From contig JBGTGT010000113.1 of assembly GCA_041746575.1 (NCBI GenBank), forward strand, positions 63,486 to 87,485: a DNA stretch of 24,000 nt. Reading direction: 5' to 3'. The notes below the pieces were generated by a model. That model searched no databases and was not told where the DNA came from. It saw only the letters and a list, made by a program, of their open reading frames with translations. The position numbers and the translations under genes are program-made. This document shows, piece after piece, positions 1-7,581 of the stretch. Position 1 is the stretch's first letter. Each line of letters begins with the position of its first letter. The DNA comes from Microcystaceae cyanobacterium. GTDB lineage: Bacteria > Cyanobacteriota > Cyanobacteriia > Cyanobacteriales > Microcystaceae.

Positions 1-1
1 G

Positions 2-535
2 CAGGTGATGTGGCAACAATTTGGTAAGGCAGAAATTGGCTTTACCCCAGAACAATTGCAACAAACAATTGAAATCGTGGCTCATCAAGATTTATCAGAC
101 TTTTTTGATAATTATATTCATGGCCTAACAGAACTCCCCTTTGAGCAATACTTCGAGTCTTTTGGTTTGCGACTGAAACCCATTTTTGATTTGGAGCCTT
201 ATCCTGAATTAGGCATTAAAGTTCAATCAGAAAATGGCAGAGAAATGATAAAATTCGTCGGAATGAATTCCCCCGCCTCTCTAGCAGGAATTAATGCAGA
301 AGATGAACTCTTGGCGATTAATGGCATTCGCCTCAGCGCAGATCAACTTAATGAAAGGCTTAAAGATTATCAAGCAGGTGATATGATTTCCATAGCGGTG
401 TTTCATCAAGACGAATTGAAAACCTTCTCAGTTCGCCTCGGAGAACCGCAACCCCGTTGCTATGAAGTGATAGCGATCGCTAATCCCTCTAAACGTCAAA
501 AACACAACCTAGTAACGTGGTTAAAACCGAATTAA
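2..535 (+). CDS. M61-family (glycyl-aminopeptidase-like) peptidase, C-terminal part with PDZ domain; 5' end lies outside the window
   Basis: The frame is open from the window edge (codon phase of position 2) to TAA at 533-535, so the GTG/ATG at 5-10 is probably internal. The PDZ-like stretch GMNSPASLAGINAEDELLAINGIRL and the preceding FFDNYIHGLTELPFEQYF match my recollection of cyanobacterial M61 peptidase C-termini. Confidence 0.6.
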   Translation, partial: QVMWQQFGKAEIGFTPEQLQQTIEIVAHQDLSDFFDNYIHGLTELPFEQYFESFGLRLKPIFDLEPYPELGIKVQSENGREMIKFVGMNSPASLAGINAEDELLAINGIRLSADQLNERLKDYQAGDMISIAVFHQDELKTFSVRLGEPQPRCYEVIAIANPSKRQKHNLVTWLKPN

Positions 536-581
536 TTTCACCCTAATACGCTTAAATTTCGATCCATTCTTGTTTAAAAAA

Positions 582-1496
582 ATGCACAGCTTCCTTCCTT
601 ACGCCTATTTCCAAAATCAATTTGTCCCCTTTGAAGATGCGAAGTTATCCATTGCAACCCATGCGTTACACTATGGAACAGCCGCCTTTGGTGGACTTCG
701 AGGCATTCCTAATCCGAAAAATTCACAACAAATCTTACTATTTCGCCTAGCTCGACATTGTCGCCGCCTTAGTCAGAGTGCCAAGTTTCTTCATTATGAA
801 ATTTCTCCTGAAAAAATTCAACAGGTGATTACTGATTTCGTGCAAAAAAATCGCCCTGAAAATTCTTTTTATATTCGCCCTCTCGTTTATAGTTCAGGGT
901 TAGGCATTGCACCTCGATTACATAATATCGAAAAAGATTTTTTCGTCTATGGATTAGAAATGGGAGAATACTTATCTCCCGATGGCATTGCTTGTCGTAT
1001 TAGTTCTTGGTATCGTCAAGAAGACCGCAGTTTTCCCTTAAGAGGTAAAATTAGTGCCGCCTACATTACCTCTGCCCTAGCCAAAACAGAAGCGGTAGAA
1101 TCGGGGTTTGATGAGGCTATTTTAATGAATTCCCAAGGTAAGGTTTGCGAAGCAACAGGAATGAATATTTTTATCGTTAGAAACGGTCAATTAATGACTC
1201 CCGGTTTTGATCAAGATATCTTGGAAGGAATCACAAGAGAGAGTGTTTTAGCCATTGCTAAAGATTTAGAAATTCCCATTCTAGAACGTTCTATTGATAA
1301 GTCAGAATTATTCATTGCTGATGAGGTCTTTTTATGTGGCACCGCCGCTAAAATTGCCCCCGTCAAACAGATTGAAAACTTTACCTTATCAGATGAACGA
1401 CCGATTACAACAAAACTAAAAGAAAAATTAACTGCCATTACAGAAAATCGAGATAGTAAGTATAAAGATTGGATCTATTCGATTGATTTAGCTTAA
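582..1496 (+). CDS. ilvE: Branched-chain amino acid aminotransferase (class IV PLP aminotransferase)
   Basis: Full-length ORF. The N-terminus MHSFLPYAYFQNQFVPFEDAKLSIATHALHYGTAAFGGLRG and the segment EATGMNIFIV...GITRESV are characteristic of IlvE. I prefer ATG at 582 over the TTG at 570 used in the ORF track. Confidence 0.9.
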   Translation: MHSFLPYAYFQNQFVPFEDAKLSIATHALHYGTAAFGGLRGIPNPKNSQQILLFRLARHCRRLSQSAKFLHYEISPEKIQQVITDFVQKNRPENSFYIRPLVYSSGLGIAPRLHNIEKDFFVYGLEMGEYLSPDGIACRISSWYRQEDRSFPLRGKISAAYITSALAKTEAVESGFDEAILMNSQGKVCEATGMNIFIVRNGQLMTPGFDQDILEGITRESVLAIAKDLEIPILERSIDKSELFIADEVFLCGTAAKIAPVKQIENFTLSDERPITTKLKEKLTAITENRDSKYKDWIYSIDLA

Positions 1497-1515
1497 GAGT
1501 ACGGTTTTAGACACA

Positions 1516-2391
1516 ATGCGATTTCCCCCCTATCTTAAAAAAGGCGATCGCCTCAAAGTGATTGCTCCCTGCGGGGCATTAAAAGAATTAACTGCCTTTG
1601 AAAGGGGGTTGGATATTTGGCGATTACGGGGATATGAGCTTGATTTAGCCCCCCAGTACTCAGAAAAATACGGTTATTTAGCTGGAGAAGATGAAACTAG
1701 ACGAAAAGCGTTAGCCGATGCTTGGAGAGAGCCAGACTATAGAGCGATTCTTTGCGCTAGAGGGGGTTATGGCAGTACGCGACTGCTTGAGCGGTGGCAA
1801 TGGGGAGAAAGTCAACCCAAATGGCTGATTGGTTTCTCTGATGTCACTGGATTATTGTGGAGCTTGGCAAAAAACGGTATTTCAGGGCTTCACGGGGCAG
1901 TTTTAACCACAATTGCTGATGAACCACTTTGGTCACAGGAACGTCTTTTTTCTTACCTTGAAACAGGCTTTCTCGCCCCTTTAAAAGGGAAAGGATGGGG
2001 TAACGGTTACGCAACAGGAACGTTACTGCCGGCTAACCTTACGGTGGCCACCCATCTTCTAGGAACATCGCATCAGCCTTGCTTAAACGGGGTAATTTTA
2101 GCCTTAGAAGACGTGGCAGAAGCTCCCTATCGCTTGGATCGAATGTTAACCCAGTGGCGAATGCTAGGGGCATTTCAGGGAATTGCTGGTATTGCGCTAG
2201 GGCGATTTAGTCGTTGCGAGGGAACAAACGGCAGTTGGACGGTAGAAGAGATGTTAAGCGATCGCTTAGGTGATTTAGGGATTCCGATTGTGTCTGAGTT
2301 ACCTTTTGGTCACGATGGGGTGAATGCGGCACTTCCGACCGGAATTAAAGCAAATTTAGATGAAAATAAGGGTCTATTAAGTTTTAATTAG
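1516..2391 (+). CDS. LD-carboxypeptidase (peptidase S66, LdcA/MccF family)
   Basis: The S66 catalytic-triad context is visible: nucleophile motif LIGFSDVTGLL, acidic LALEDVAE, and C-terminal LPFGHDG. At 291 aa the length is typical. It starts 20 nt after the ilvE stop. Confidence 0.85.
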   Translation: MRFPPYLKKGDRLKVIAPCGALKELTAFERGLDIWRLRGYELDLAPQYSEKYGYLAGEDETRRKALADAWREPDYRAILCARGGYGSTRLLERWQWGESQPKWLIGFSDVTGLLWSLAKNGISGLHGAVLTTIADEPLWSQERLFSYLETGFLAPLKGKGWGNGYATGTLLPANLTVATHLLGTSHQPCLNGVILALEDVAEAPYRLDRMLTQWRMLGAFQGIAGIALGRFSRCEGTNGSWTVEEMLSDRLGDLGIPIVSELPFGHDGVNAALPTGIKANLDENKGLLSFN

Positions 2392-2457
2392 CCAACGTGA
2401 GTTCGACAATTAGAAAATCTACGAGACTTCTTTCTTTAATTTTTTTGTGCAGGGGGT

Positions 2458-2477
2458 TTGGGGGGCTAGTCCCCCAA
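2458..2477 (+). terminator. GC-rich stem-loop (TTGGGGGG-CTAG-TCCCCCAA) downstream of the LD-carboxypeptidase gene; possible terminator or IS-end relic
   Basis: A 7-8 bp G/C stem is read directly. A T-rich tract (tttgtttttctttt) begins about 10 nt later, so this is not a textbook intrinsic terminator. It lies just upstream of the IS630-type remnant. Confidence 0.3.
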
Positions 2478-2512
2478 TCAAGAATTTGTTTTTCTTTTCC
2501 TAATCCCAATGA

Positions 2513-2962
2513 GAATGGACAAAAGGATTAAGATATAGAGAAGATTATAGCTATGGTTACAATGAAAAGAAGAAACGCTTTCATGCGCTAAAGAACGGGA
2601 GGAGACAAGGGCAAGTTAATATGATTGCTACTGGGTGTAATGGGAGTTTATTGGCCTCGTTTACTATTGAGGGAGCTTGTAACCGAACTGTGTTTAAAAT
2701 TTGGCGGGAAACTTGTTTTATACCCTCACTAAAACCTGGACAAATAATGATAGCCGATAATGCCACATTTCATCGGGACGGACGAATTAAAGACTTAATT
2801 GAAGCGGCAGGTTGCCCGTTTAAATACTTGCCACCCTATTCACCTGACCTTAATAAAATTGAGCGATGCTGGTCATAATTAAAGAGTAGAATTCGTAAAC
2901 AAATTATTCAATTTGACTGTCTTCGGGATACCATGGAAGATGTGCTTTGCACAGCGTCTTAA
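2513..2962 (+). pseudogene. IS630/Tc1-mariner-type DDE transposase remnant (5'-truncated, internal stop)
   Basis: The translation DYSYGYNEKKKRFHALKNGRRQGQVNMIA...GACNRTVFKIWRETCFIPSLKPGQIMIADNATFHRDGRIKDLIEAAGCPFKYLPPYSPDLNKIERCWS*LKSRIRKQIIQFDCLRDTMEDVLCTAS* is the C-terminal DDE half of IS630-family transposases. TAA at 2876-2878 sits where these proteins normally have Trp (CWSWLK). The roughly 150-aa N-terminal HTH part is missing, because the frame closes at TGA 2510-2512. Confidence 0.8.
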
Positions 2963-2977
2963 CCGCCTTGGCGGTTG

Positions 2978-3690
2978 CTATACTAGAATCCCTAGCCCGA
3001 CAATTCCGTAACAAATGAAACTTCTCATCCCCGTTACTAAATTAAAGTCAAACGGGTGAGTTTCCGCCAGAATAATGACAGTTTGAGGACAAAGGTCTGC
3101 TAACATTGCAGATGCGTTAGCATAACGGTCATTAGCATTTGGTTGAATTGCCTTATCTAAAATCTGGCACAATTGAGGACTAATATGAGTCGCATATTGA
3201 TGCCAAAGGATTTCGCCTGTCATGGGGTCTGAGTCCAATTTATCAGGCGTTTTTCCCGTTAACCAGTAAATTGCTGTTAATCCTAGCGCATAAATATCAC
3301 TAGCTAAGACAGATCTGCCTCGAGCTTGTTCTGAGGGGATAAAACCCAGTACACCCATCAAAACTGAACCGAGTGCTTTCGGTAGCCTGTCTGTATCAAA
3401 CAAAGATGATGACAAGAATATGCTTAATTTAGGAGATTTGGGGACAATAATATTAGTTTTAGTAACATTTCGTTGTTATTATGTCGCTTTTCAAGCTGAG
3501 ACAACAAACTAATCAGTAAACATTTAACCTGTTGTTCAGAAAAGGCTTTTCTGTTTTCGATTAAAACGATTGGGTGGCGTTTGACTGGAACTGAAGGAGA
3601 ATGAGGTTGTTCAACAGGTAAATTCATATTTTTACCGTAATGTCGCACAAGCGTTACATTTTCATTGTTCCCAGATCCTTTCGATTTCTA
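2978..3690 (-). pseudogene. Ser/Thr protein kinase relic (N-lobe missing, frameshifted, catalytic motifs mutated)
   Basis: ORFs 3424..3648 and 2978..3415 are two frames of one kinase domain. The first gives ...NVTLVRHYG...FSEQQVKCLLISLLSQLEKRH. After two stops, the second frame gives QRNVTKTNIIV (expected HRDIKPxNI), LFDTD (expected DFG), GFIPSEQARGRSVLASDIYALGLTAIYWLTGKTP (subdomains VIII-IX) and NDRYANASAMLADL (subdomain XI). There is no Gly-loop or VAIK region. The 5' side abuts the cobM stop and the 3' side abuts the IS remnant. Confidence 0.7.
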
Positions 3691-3707
3691 ACACAAAGTA
3701 TCATTTC

Positions 3708-4502
3708 TCAATTAATGGTTGAAGTTTTTCTGGAACGAAAGAGATGAGAATAATCGGGATGATAGAGTCCAGAACGATAATTCTTGAGCGGATCTAAAGC
3801 GGGACTAATAATATAAAGGGTAGTGCGAATCAGCTTTTCTTGTTGAGTGATTTCTGCCATTTTTTCTAAGGGAACAACCCAAATTTTTTCGTCTTCCCAT
3901 CCCACTCGAAAACAAATTGCCACAGGGGTGTCAGGGGAATAATGTAACAGTAATTTTTCTTGAGCTTTATCCGCTTGGCGAGCAGTTAAATAGAGGCATA
4001 AACTCGCTTTATGACTGGCTAAACTTGATAATTCTTCCGCATCAGGTACAGTAGAGGCATTACCGCCCATTCGTGTTAGAATAATCGTTTGGACTTCTTC
4101 TGGAATCGTTAATTCAGCTTCTAATTTTGCGGCGGCCGCTTGATAAGCACTAATTCCCGGAATTAATTCAAAGGGAATATTGTGTTTTTTTAAGGCTTGA
4201 ATTTGTTCGTAAATTGCACTATATAAACTTAAGTCGCCAGAGTGTAAACGAACAACAGATTGATTATTTTGAACGCCATTCACCATCAGGGGAATAATTT
4301 CTTCGAGGGTTTTATTTCCTGTTGCGATAATTTCTGCATCTGGACGGACATCCTTTAACATTTGTGAAGGAACGAGGGAATTTGCGTATAAAATAATATC
4401 TGCTTGAGAGAGAATTTTAGCCGCTTTTAGGGTTAATAAATCGGGATCACCAGGACCGGCTCCGATAAAATAAACGATGGGGGATAAAAGAGAATGGGTC
4501 AT
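3708..4502 (-). CDS. cobM: Precorrin-4 C11-methyltransferase (cobalamin biosynthesis)
   Basis: The tetrapyrrole methylase signature VYFIGAGPGDPDLLTLKAAKILSQADIILYANSLVP and the overall length fit CobM/CbiF. I prefer ATG at 4502, three codons inside the TTG at 4511 used by the ORF track. Confidence 0.8.
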   Translation of the reverse strand: MTHSLLSPIVYFIGAGPGDPDLLTLKAAKILSQADIILYANSLVPSQMLKDVRPDAEIIATGNKTLEEIIPLMVNGVQNNQSVVRLHSGDLSLYSAIYEQIQALKKHNIPFELIPGISAYQAAAAKLEAELTIPEEVQTIILTRMGGNASTVPDAEELSSLASHKASLCLYLTARQADKAQEKLLLHYSPDTPVAICFRVGWEDEKIWVVPLEKMAEITQQEKLIRTTLYIISPALDPLKNYRSGLYHPDYSHLFRSRKTSTIN

Positions 4503-4826
4503 TGTGAGCAATCAGAATAAAATAGATTATATGCCAGTCTAAATAAAGGGTGGAAAAATAGAATAAGCTTCTAGCTTGTAACGACAAGATGCGCTGTTAC
4601 GGGTTCACAAACGATTTAGACTTTTTACCTCGTTATTATATTAACCTAAAATTAAGAATAGATCGGCTGGGAACTTTTCTAATGAAGTTTCGTTGTTTAT
4701 TTCTTTTACGGTTACAAGGAAAATTATAATTGTTAAAATGCCCTGACTAAGAGAGATTAATTCTTGCCGATCGCTGGTAAAATATTTATCAAATCTTTTT
4801 ATCTTTTATCATTCCTAACGTCTCTT

Positions 4827-5276
4827 GTGTCTCTCAATTAAGTCTCTGCGATTACCGAAATTCTATTAAATACCAAGCAAGCCCTAGGTCTCTCTTTTAC
4901 AGACCTTAAACAAATTATCGGTCGAGATGAAGTTTGGATTACAACGGTCATTTATCGCTAGGCTAGTGCTTTAGAAGAGGAAGCTTGTAAGCTTCTAGAC
5001 GCATTGCATTTAAAGCACGAATCGTTGACCACTTTAACCGATTGTCCCACAAAAAGATTAAGTTCCATTGCACCAACTGACCCTTTCATTTACCGTTTTT
5101 ATGAAATTATGCAAGTCTATGGTACGCCGCTAAAAGGGGTTATTGATGACAAGTTGGGAGATGGTATGATGAGCGCAATTGATTTTACCCTAGATGTGGA
5201 AAAAGTTGAAGATCCTAAAGGCGAGCATGTTAAAGTCATTATAAATAGCAAATTTCTTCCTTATAAAAAATGGTAA
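4827..5276 (+). pseudogene. cynS: Cyanase (cyanate hydratase) gene interrupted by two in-frame stop codons
   Basis: A single reading frame gives (GTG)[57 protein letters not shown]...[68 protein letters not shown]. This is collinear with cyanobacterial CynS as I recall it. The stops are TAA at 4839-4841 and TAG at 4959-4961, the latter at the conserved YRQAS Gln. The ORF track reports only the C-terminal piece, 5004..5276. Confidence 0.8.
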
Positions 5277-5283
5277 TTTTCTG

Positions 5284-5700
5284 ATGGAAACAAGACCTCC
5301 TTTACCTCCTTTTACCCTAGAAACAGCAAAAGCAAAAGTTCAGACAGCAGAAGATGCTTGGAATACGCGCAATCCTGAAAGAGTGTCTTTAGCTTATACT
5401 GAAGATTCAGCTTGGCGTAACCGGACTGAATTTTTTACCGGACGCCAAAAGATTCAAGAATTTCTGACTCGCAAGTGGAATAGCGAACTCAATTATCGCC
5501 TTAAAAAAGAACTTTGGAGTTTCAGCGATAACCGTATTTCTGTTAAATTCGAGTATGAATATCATACAGATTCAGGACAATGGTATCGTGCCTACGGAAA
5601 TGAACAATGGGAGTTTGCACCAAATGGTTTAATGCAGCGTCGAGAGGCCAGTATTAACGATTTACCGATTCAGGAATCAGAACGTAAATTCTGTTTTTAA
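5284..5700 (+). CDS. DUF1348-family protein (NTF2/SnoaL-like fold), function unknown
   Basis: The N-terminus [47 protein letters not shown] and the C-terminal [25 protein letters not shown] match the DUF1348 pattern I recall. It starts 7 nt after the cynS stop. Confidence 0.7.
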   Translation: METRPPLPPFTLETAKAKVQTAEDAWNTRNPERVSLAYTEDSAWRNRTEFFTGRQKIQEFLTRKWNSELNYRLKKELWSFSDNRISVKFEYEYHTDSGQWYRAYGNEQWEFAPNGLMQRREASINDLPIQESERKFCF

Positions 5701-5841
5701 GGTTAACTTTAAGAATAACATCGAGGCGGTCAAATCAGAATTTCTGAAATTGCAGAGCCAGTTGTGATAAAGTTAAAAATAAAAAATTTGTTGAACAGTT
5801 TGGTTTAATAATTAACGCTATCGAGTTCGTTACTTTTTAAG

Positions 5842-6273
5842 ATGAATAAATTGCTGAAACAGTTAGGGTTAGCCACTTTTATTTTAGGGATAACTTCCTT
5901 AAATTTACCCATTCAAGCAGCGCAATATCAACATTGTTTTAATGTAAAAAAATATCGTACCGTCAGAGATTCTGGGAATCATCCTACTGCTTATAATGAT
6001 GGTTATCGAGAAGGTTTACAATCAGCCAGAAAGGGAGAGAAATACGAACCAAGGAGTACAGGAGGAGAATTTGCGAGAGGGTTTGATGATGCTTATTATG
6101 GACGAGTTGCCACAGGACAAGAATATATAGTTCAAGATCGCCAAGAACCTTACACAGCTCAAGAATGCCGACTTTATTACTATAGTGAAAAGTATTCAAT
6201 TGATCAGATTTTACGGCAAGTTTTAGGAGATTTTGAACAGGACTTAGAACGTCAATGGAATATTAATGATTAG
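5842..6273 (+). CDS. Hypothetical secreted protein (N-terminal signal peptide)
   Basis: 143-aa ORF with a signal-peptide-like N-terminus MNKLLKQLGLATFILGITSLNLPIQA/AQ. I recognise no family. The antisense ORF 5984..6199 is considered spurious. Confidence 0.55.
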   Translation: MNKLLKQLGLATFILGITSLNLPIQAAQYQHCFNVKKYRTVRDSGNHPTAYNDGYREGLQSARKGEKYEPRSTGGEFARGFDDAYYGRVATGQEYIVQDRQEPYTAQECRLYYYSEKYSIDQILRQVLGDFEQDLERQWNIND

Positions 6274-6275
6274 TA

Positions 6276-6310
6276 GCTTAAAATTAGGATTGATTTGTGT
6301 CAATTTTAGC
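6276..6310. terminator. AT-rich hairpin between convergent genes (possible bidirectional terminator)
   Basis: GCTTAAAATT (6276-6285) pairs with AATTTTAGC (6302-6310), with one bulged T and a 16-nt loop. It lies between the stop of 5842..6273 (+) and the stop of 6317..6898 (-). The stem is weak because it is AT-rich. Confidence 0.3.
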
Positions 6311-6316
6311 AATGCC

Positions 6317-6898
6317 TTAGGAAGGAGAAAGCAAAGAGAGATCGTGGAAAGCAAATTCTTGATAAATGTCCCATTGTTTGCCATTATGTAACAATAAAGT
6401 GAGGTGAGAAACGGTAAAATTAAATTGCAAACATTGATCTTGATATTCTTGCCATGCGGAATGAAAAGCTGATTTTTTTAAATCTCGAAAGGCGACAGTT
6501 AAATGAGGATGAAAAGGACGATGTTGGGCAACCTCATGAACAATATTTAAGTAAGTTTCTAAATAATCACTTAAGTCTTTTTGTAGCCGTAATAATTCGG
6601 GTGTTTTAACCACATTAATGAAAATGACACGGGGTTTAAATGCACTAAACCCATCCAATGTCATTGGAATGGGAATATGATTTTTCGCAAACGTTGTTAA
6701 AGCCTGACTCAGTTGAGAAACGTTATCCCATTGCCATTCAAAAGGGGGTTGTAACGTAACATGAGGTGGAGATTTCTTAGCCGCTTTACTGTTATAAGTT
6801 TCCGCAAAATGATCTTTAATTTGATTGGCAACATCTTGCACTTCTTGAGAGGGTAATAGGGCGATAAAAAAACATTTATTTTGATTTGAATCATTCAT
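6317..6898 (-). CDS. 2H phosphoesterase superfamily protein (LigT / 2'-5' RNA ligase-like)
   Basis: Two H-x-T/S-x motifs are present at the expected spacing: PPHVTLQPPF and HPHLTVAF. At 193 aa the length is typical for the family. Confidence 0.75.
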   Translation of the reverse strand: MNDSNQNKCFFIALLPSQEVQDVANQIKDHFAETYNSKAAKKSPPHVTLQPPFEWQWDNVSQLSQALTTFAKNHIPIPMTLDGFSAFKPRVIFINVVKTPELLRLQKDLSDYLETYLNIVHEVAQHRPFHPHLTVAFRDLKKSAFHSAWQEYQDQCLQFNFTVSHLTLLLHNGKQWDIYQEFAFHDLSLLSPS

Positions 6899-6953
6899 TT
6901 TGATTTAAAAAAAGATTATTTATTATCTAATATTGCTATAACCTCGAATAATT

Positions 6954-7092
6954 GTTCTTTATTCTAACTCACTATTCTAACTCACTTTTTCTTCAGGCAA
7001 TGTCCCTTTCAAATAACTTACTATTCAATTAAACGCTCTAAGTGCTTTTAAAGTTTTTCATCACCTCTAACCCTTGGACTAACACTTTTTTT
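6954..7092 (-). repeat. Degenerate non-coding copy of the mfd 3' end (direct repeat of 7566-7696)
   Basis: Hand alignment to 7566-7696 gives roughly 75% identity over about 125 bp with small indels. Shared blocks include attctaact, actttttcttcagg, tcaattaaac, ctctaa, cat and ctaa, and both copies end in a T-run. On the minus strand it reads KKVLVQGLEVMKNFKST..LERLIE**..LPEEKVS*, compared with the real Mfd C-terminus [37 protein letters not shown]. Stops and frameshifts break the reading frame. Confidence 0.75.
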
Positions 7093-7117
7093 GCTCCTAG
7101 AATAAATAGTGTATAAT
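7091..7117 (+). promoter_or_regulatory. Candidate sigma70-type promoter for the DCC-family gene
   Basis: A perfect TATAAT lies at 7112-7117, 37 nt upstream of the ATG at 7154. TTGCTC at 7091-7096 is a possible -35 with a short 15-nt spacer. This is a sequence match only. Confidence 0.3.
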
Positions 7118-7153
7118 TAAGGATGGATTAAATTTAAAGATTCAAAAAATTTC

Positions 7154-7561
7154 ATGAAGTATTTAATTATTTACGATGGCAATTGTAATTTGTGCGTGAC
7201 TTTTACCCGATTGCTAGAAACCTTTGATCAAGGGAAACTCTTTAATTATATCCCCATGCAAAATGAGAAAGTTTTAAAACAATATCATATTACACCAGAA
7301 GATTGTGAAATGGGGATGATTTTAATTAACCAAGATGTGCCAAGTCAACGCTCACAAGGGAGTGAAGCGGCTGAAGAAATTGTCAATTTGTTACCGATGG
7401 GACAAGCCTTTATCTCAGCTTATCGTGCTTTATCAGGTATGAAACTATTAGGCGATCGCACCTATGAACAAATCCGAGATAATCGTTATCAATGGTTTGG
7501 TAAACGTCAAGAAACTTATCATTCTTCCTTTGGTTGTCATCAAGAAAAATGTTCATTTTAA
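7154..7561 (+). CDS. Thiol-disulfide oxidoreductase DCC family protein (DUF393)
   Basis: The N-terminal IIYDGNCNLCVTFTRLLETFD contains the YDGxCxLC motif of DCC/DUF393 proteins. 135 aa. Confidence 0.8.
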   Translation: MKYLIIYDGNCNLCVTFTRLLETFDQGKLFNYIPMQNEKVLKQYHITPEDCEMGMILINQDVPSQRSQGSEAAEEIVNLLPMGQAFISAYRALSGMKLLGDRTYEQIRDNRYQWFGKRQETYHSSFGCHQEKCSF

Positions 7562-7581
7562 GTATCTCTTTATTCTAAATT

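Noticed and set aside
4596-4609. NtcA-like site GTT-N8-ACA upstream of cynS
   Set aside because: It matches only the minimal GT-N10-AC pattern, not GTA-N8-TAC. There is no TAN3T -10 box at the required ~22-nt spacing, so it is indistinguishable from chance.
4512-4800. Possible cobalamin riboswitch upstream of cobM (minus strand)
   Set aside because: On reading both strands I could not find a B12-box-like core or the GC-rich paired elements expected. The region is AT-rich and unstructured by eye. A covariance-model scan (Rfam RF00174) would be the decisive test.
4565-4999. Short shared words AAGCTTCTAG / AGCTTGTAA at 4565-4581 and 4981-4999
   Set aside because: These are only 9-10-nt blocks in a different order. 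One copy is inside the cynS reading frame. There is not enough to call a repeat.
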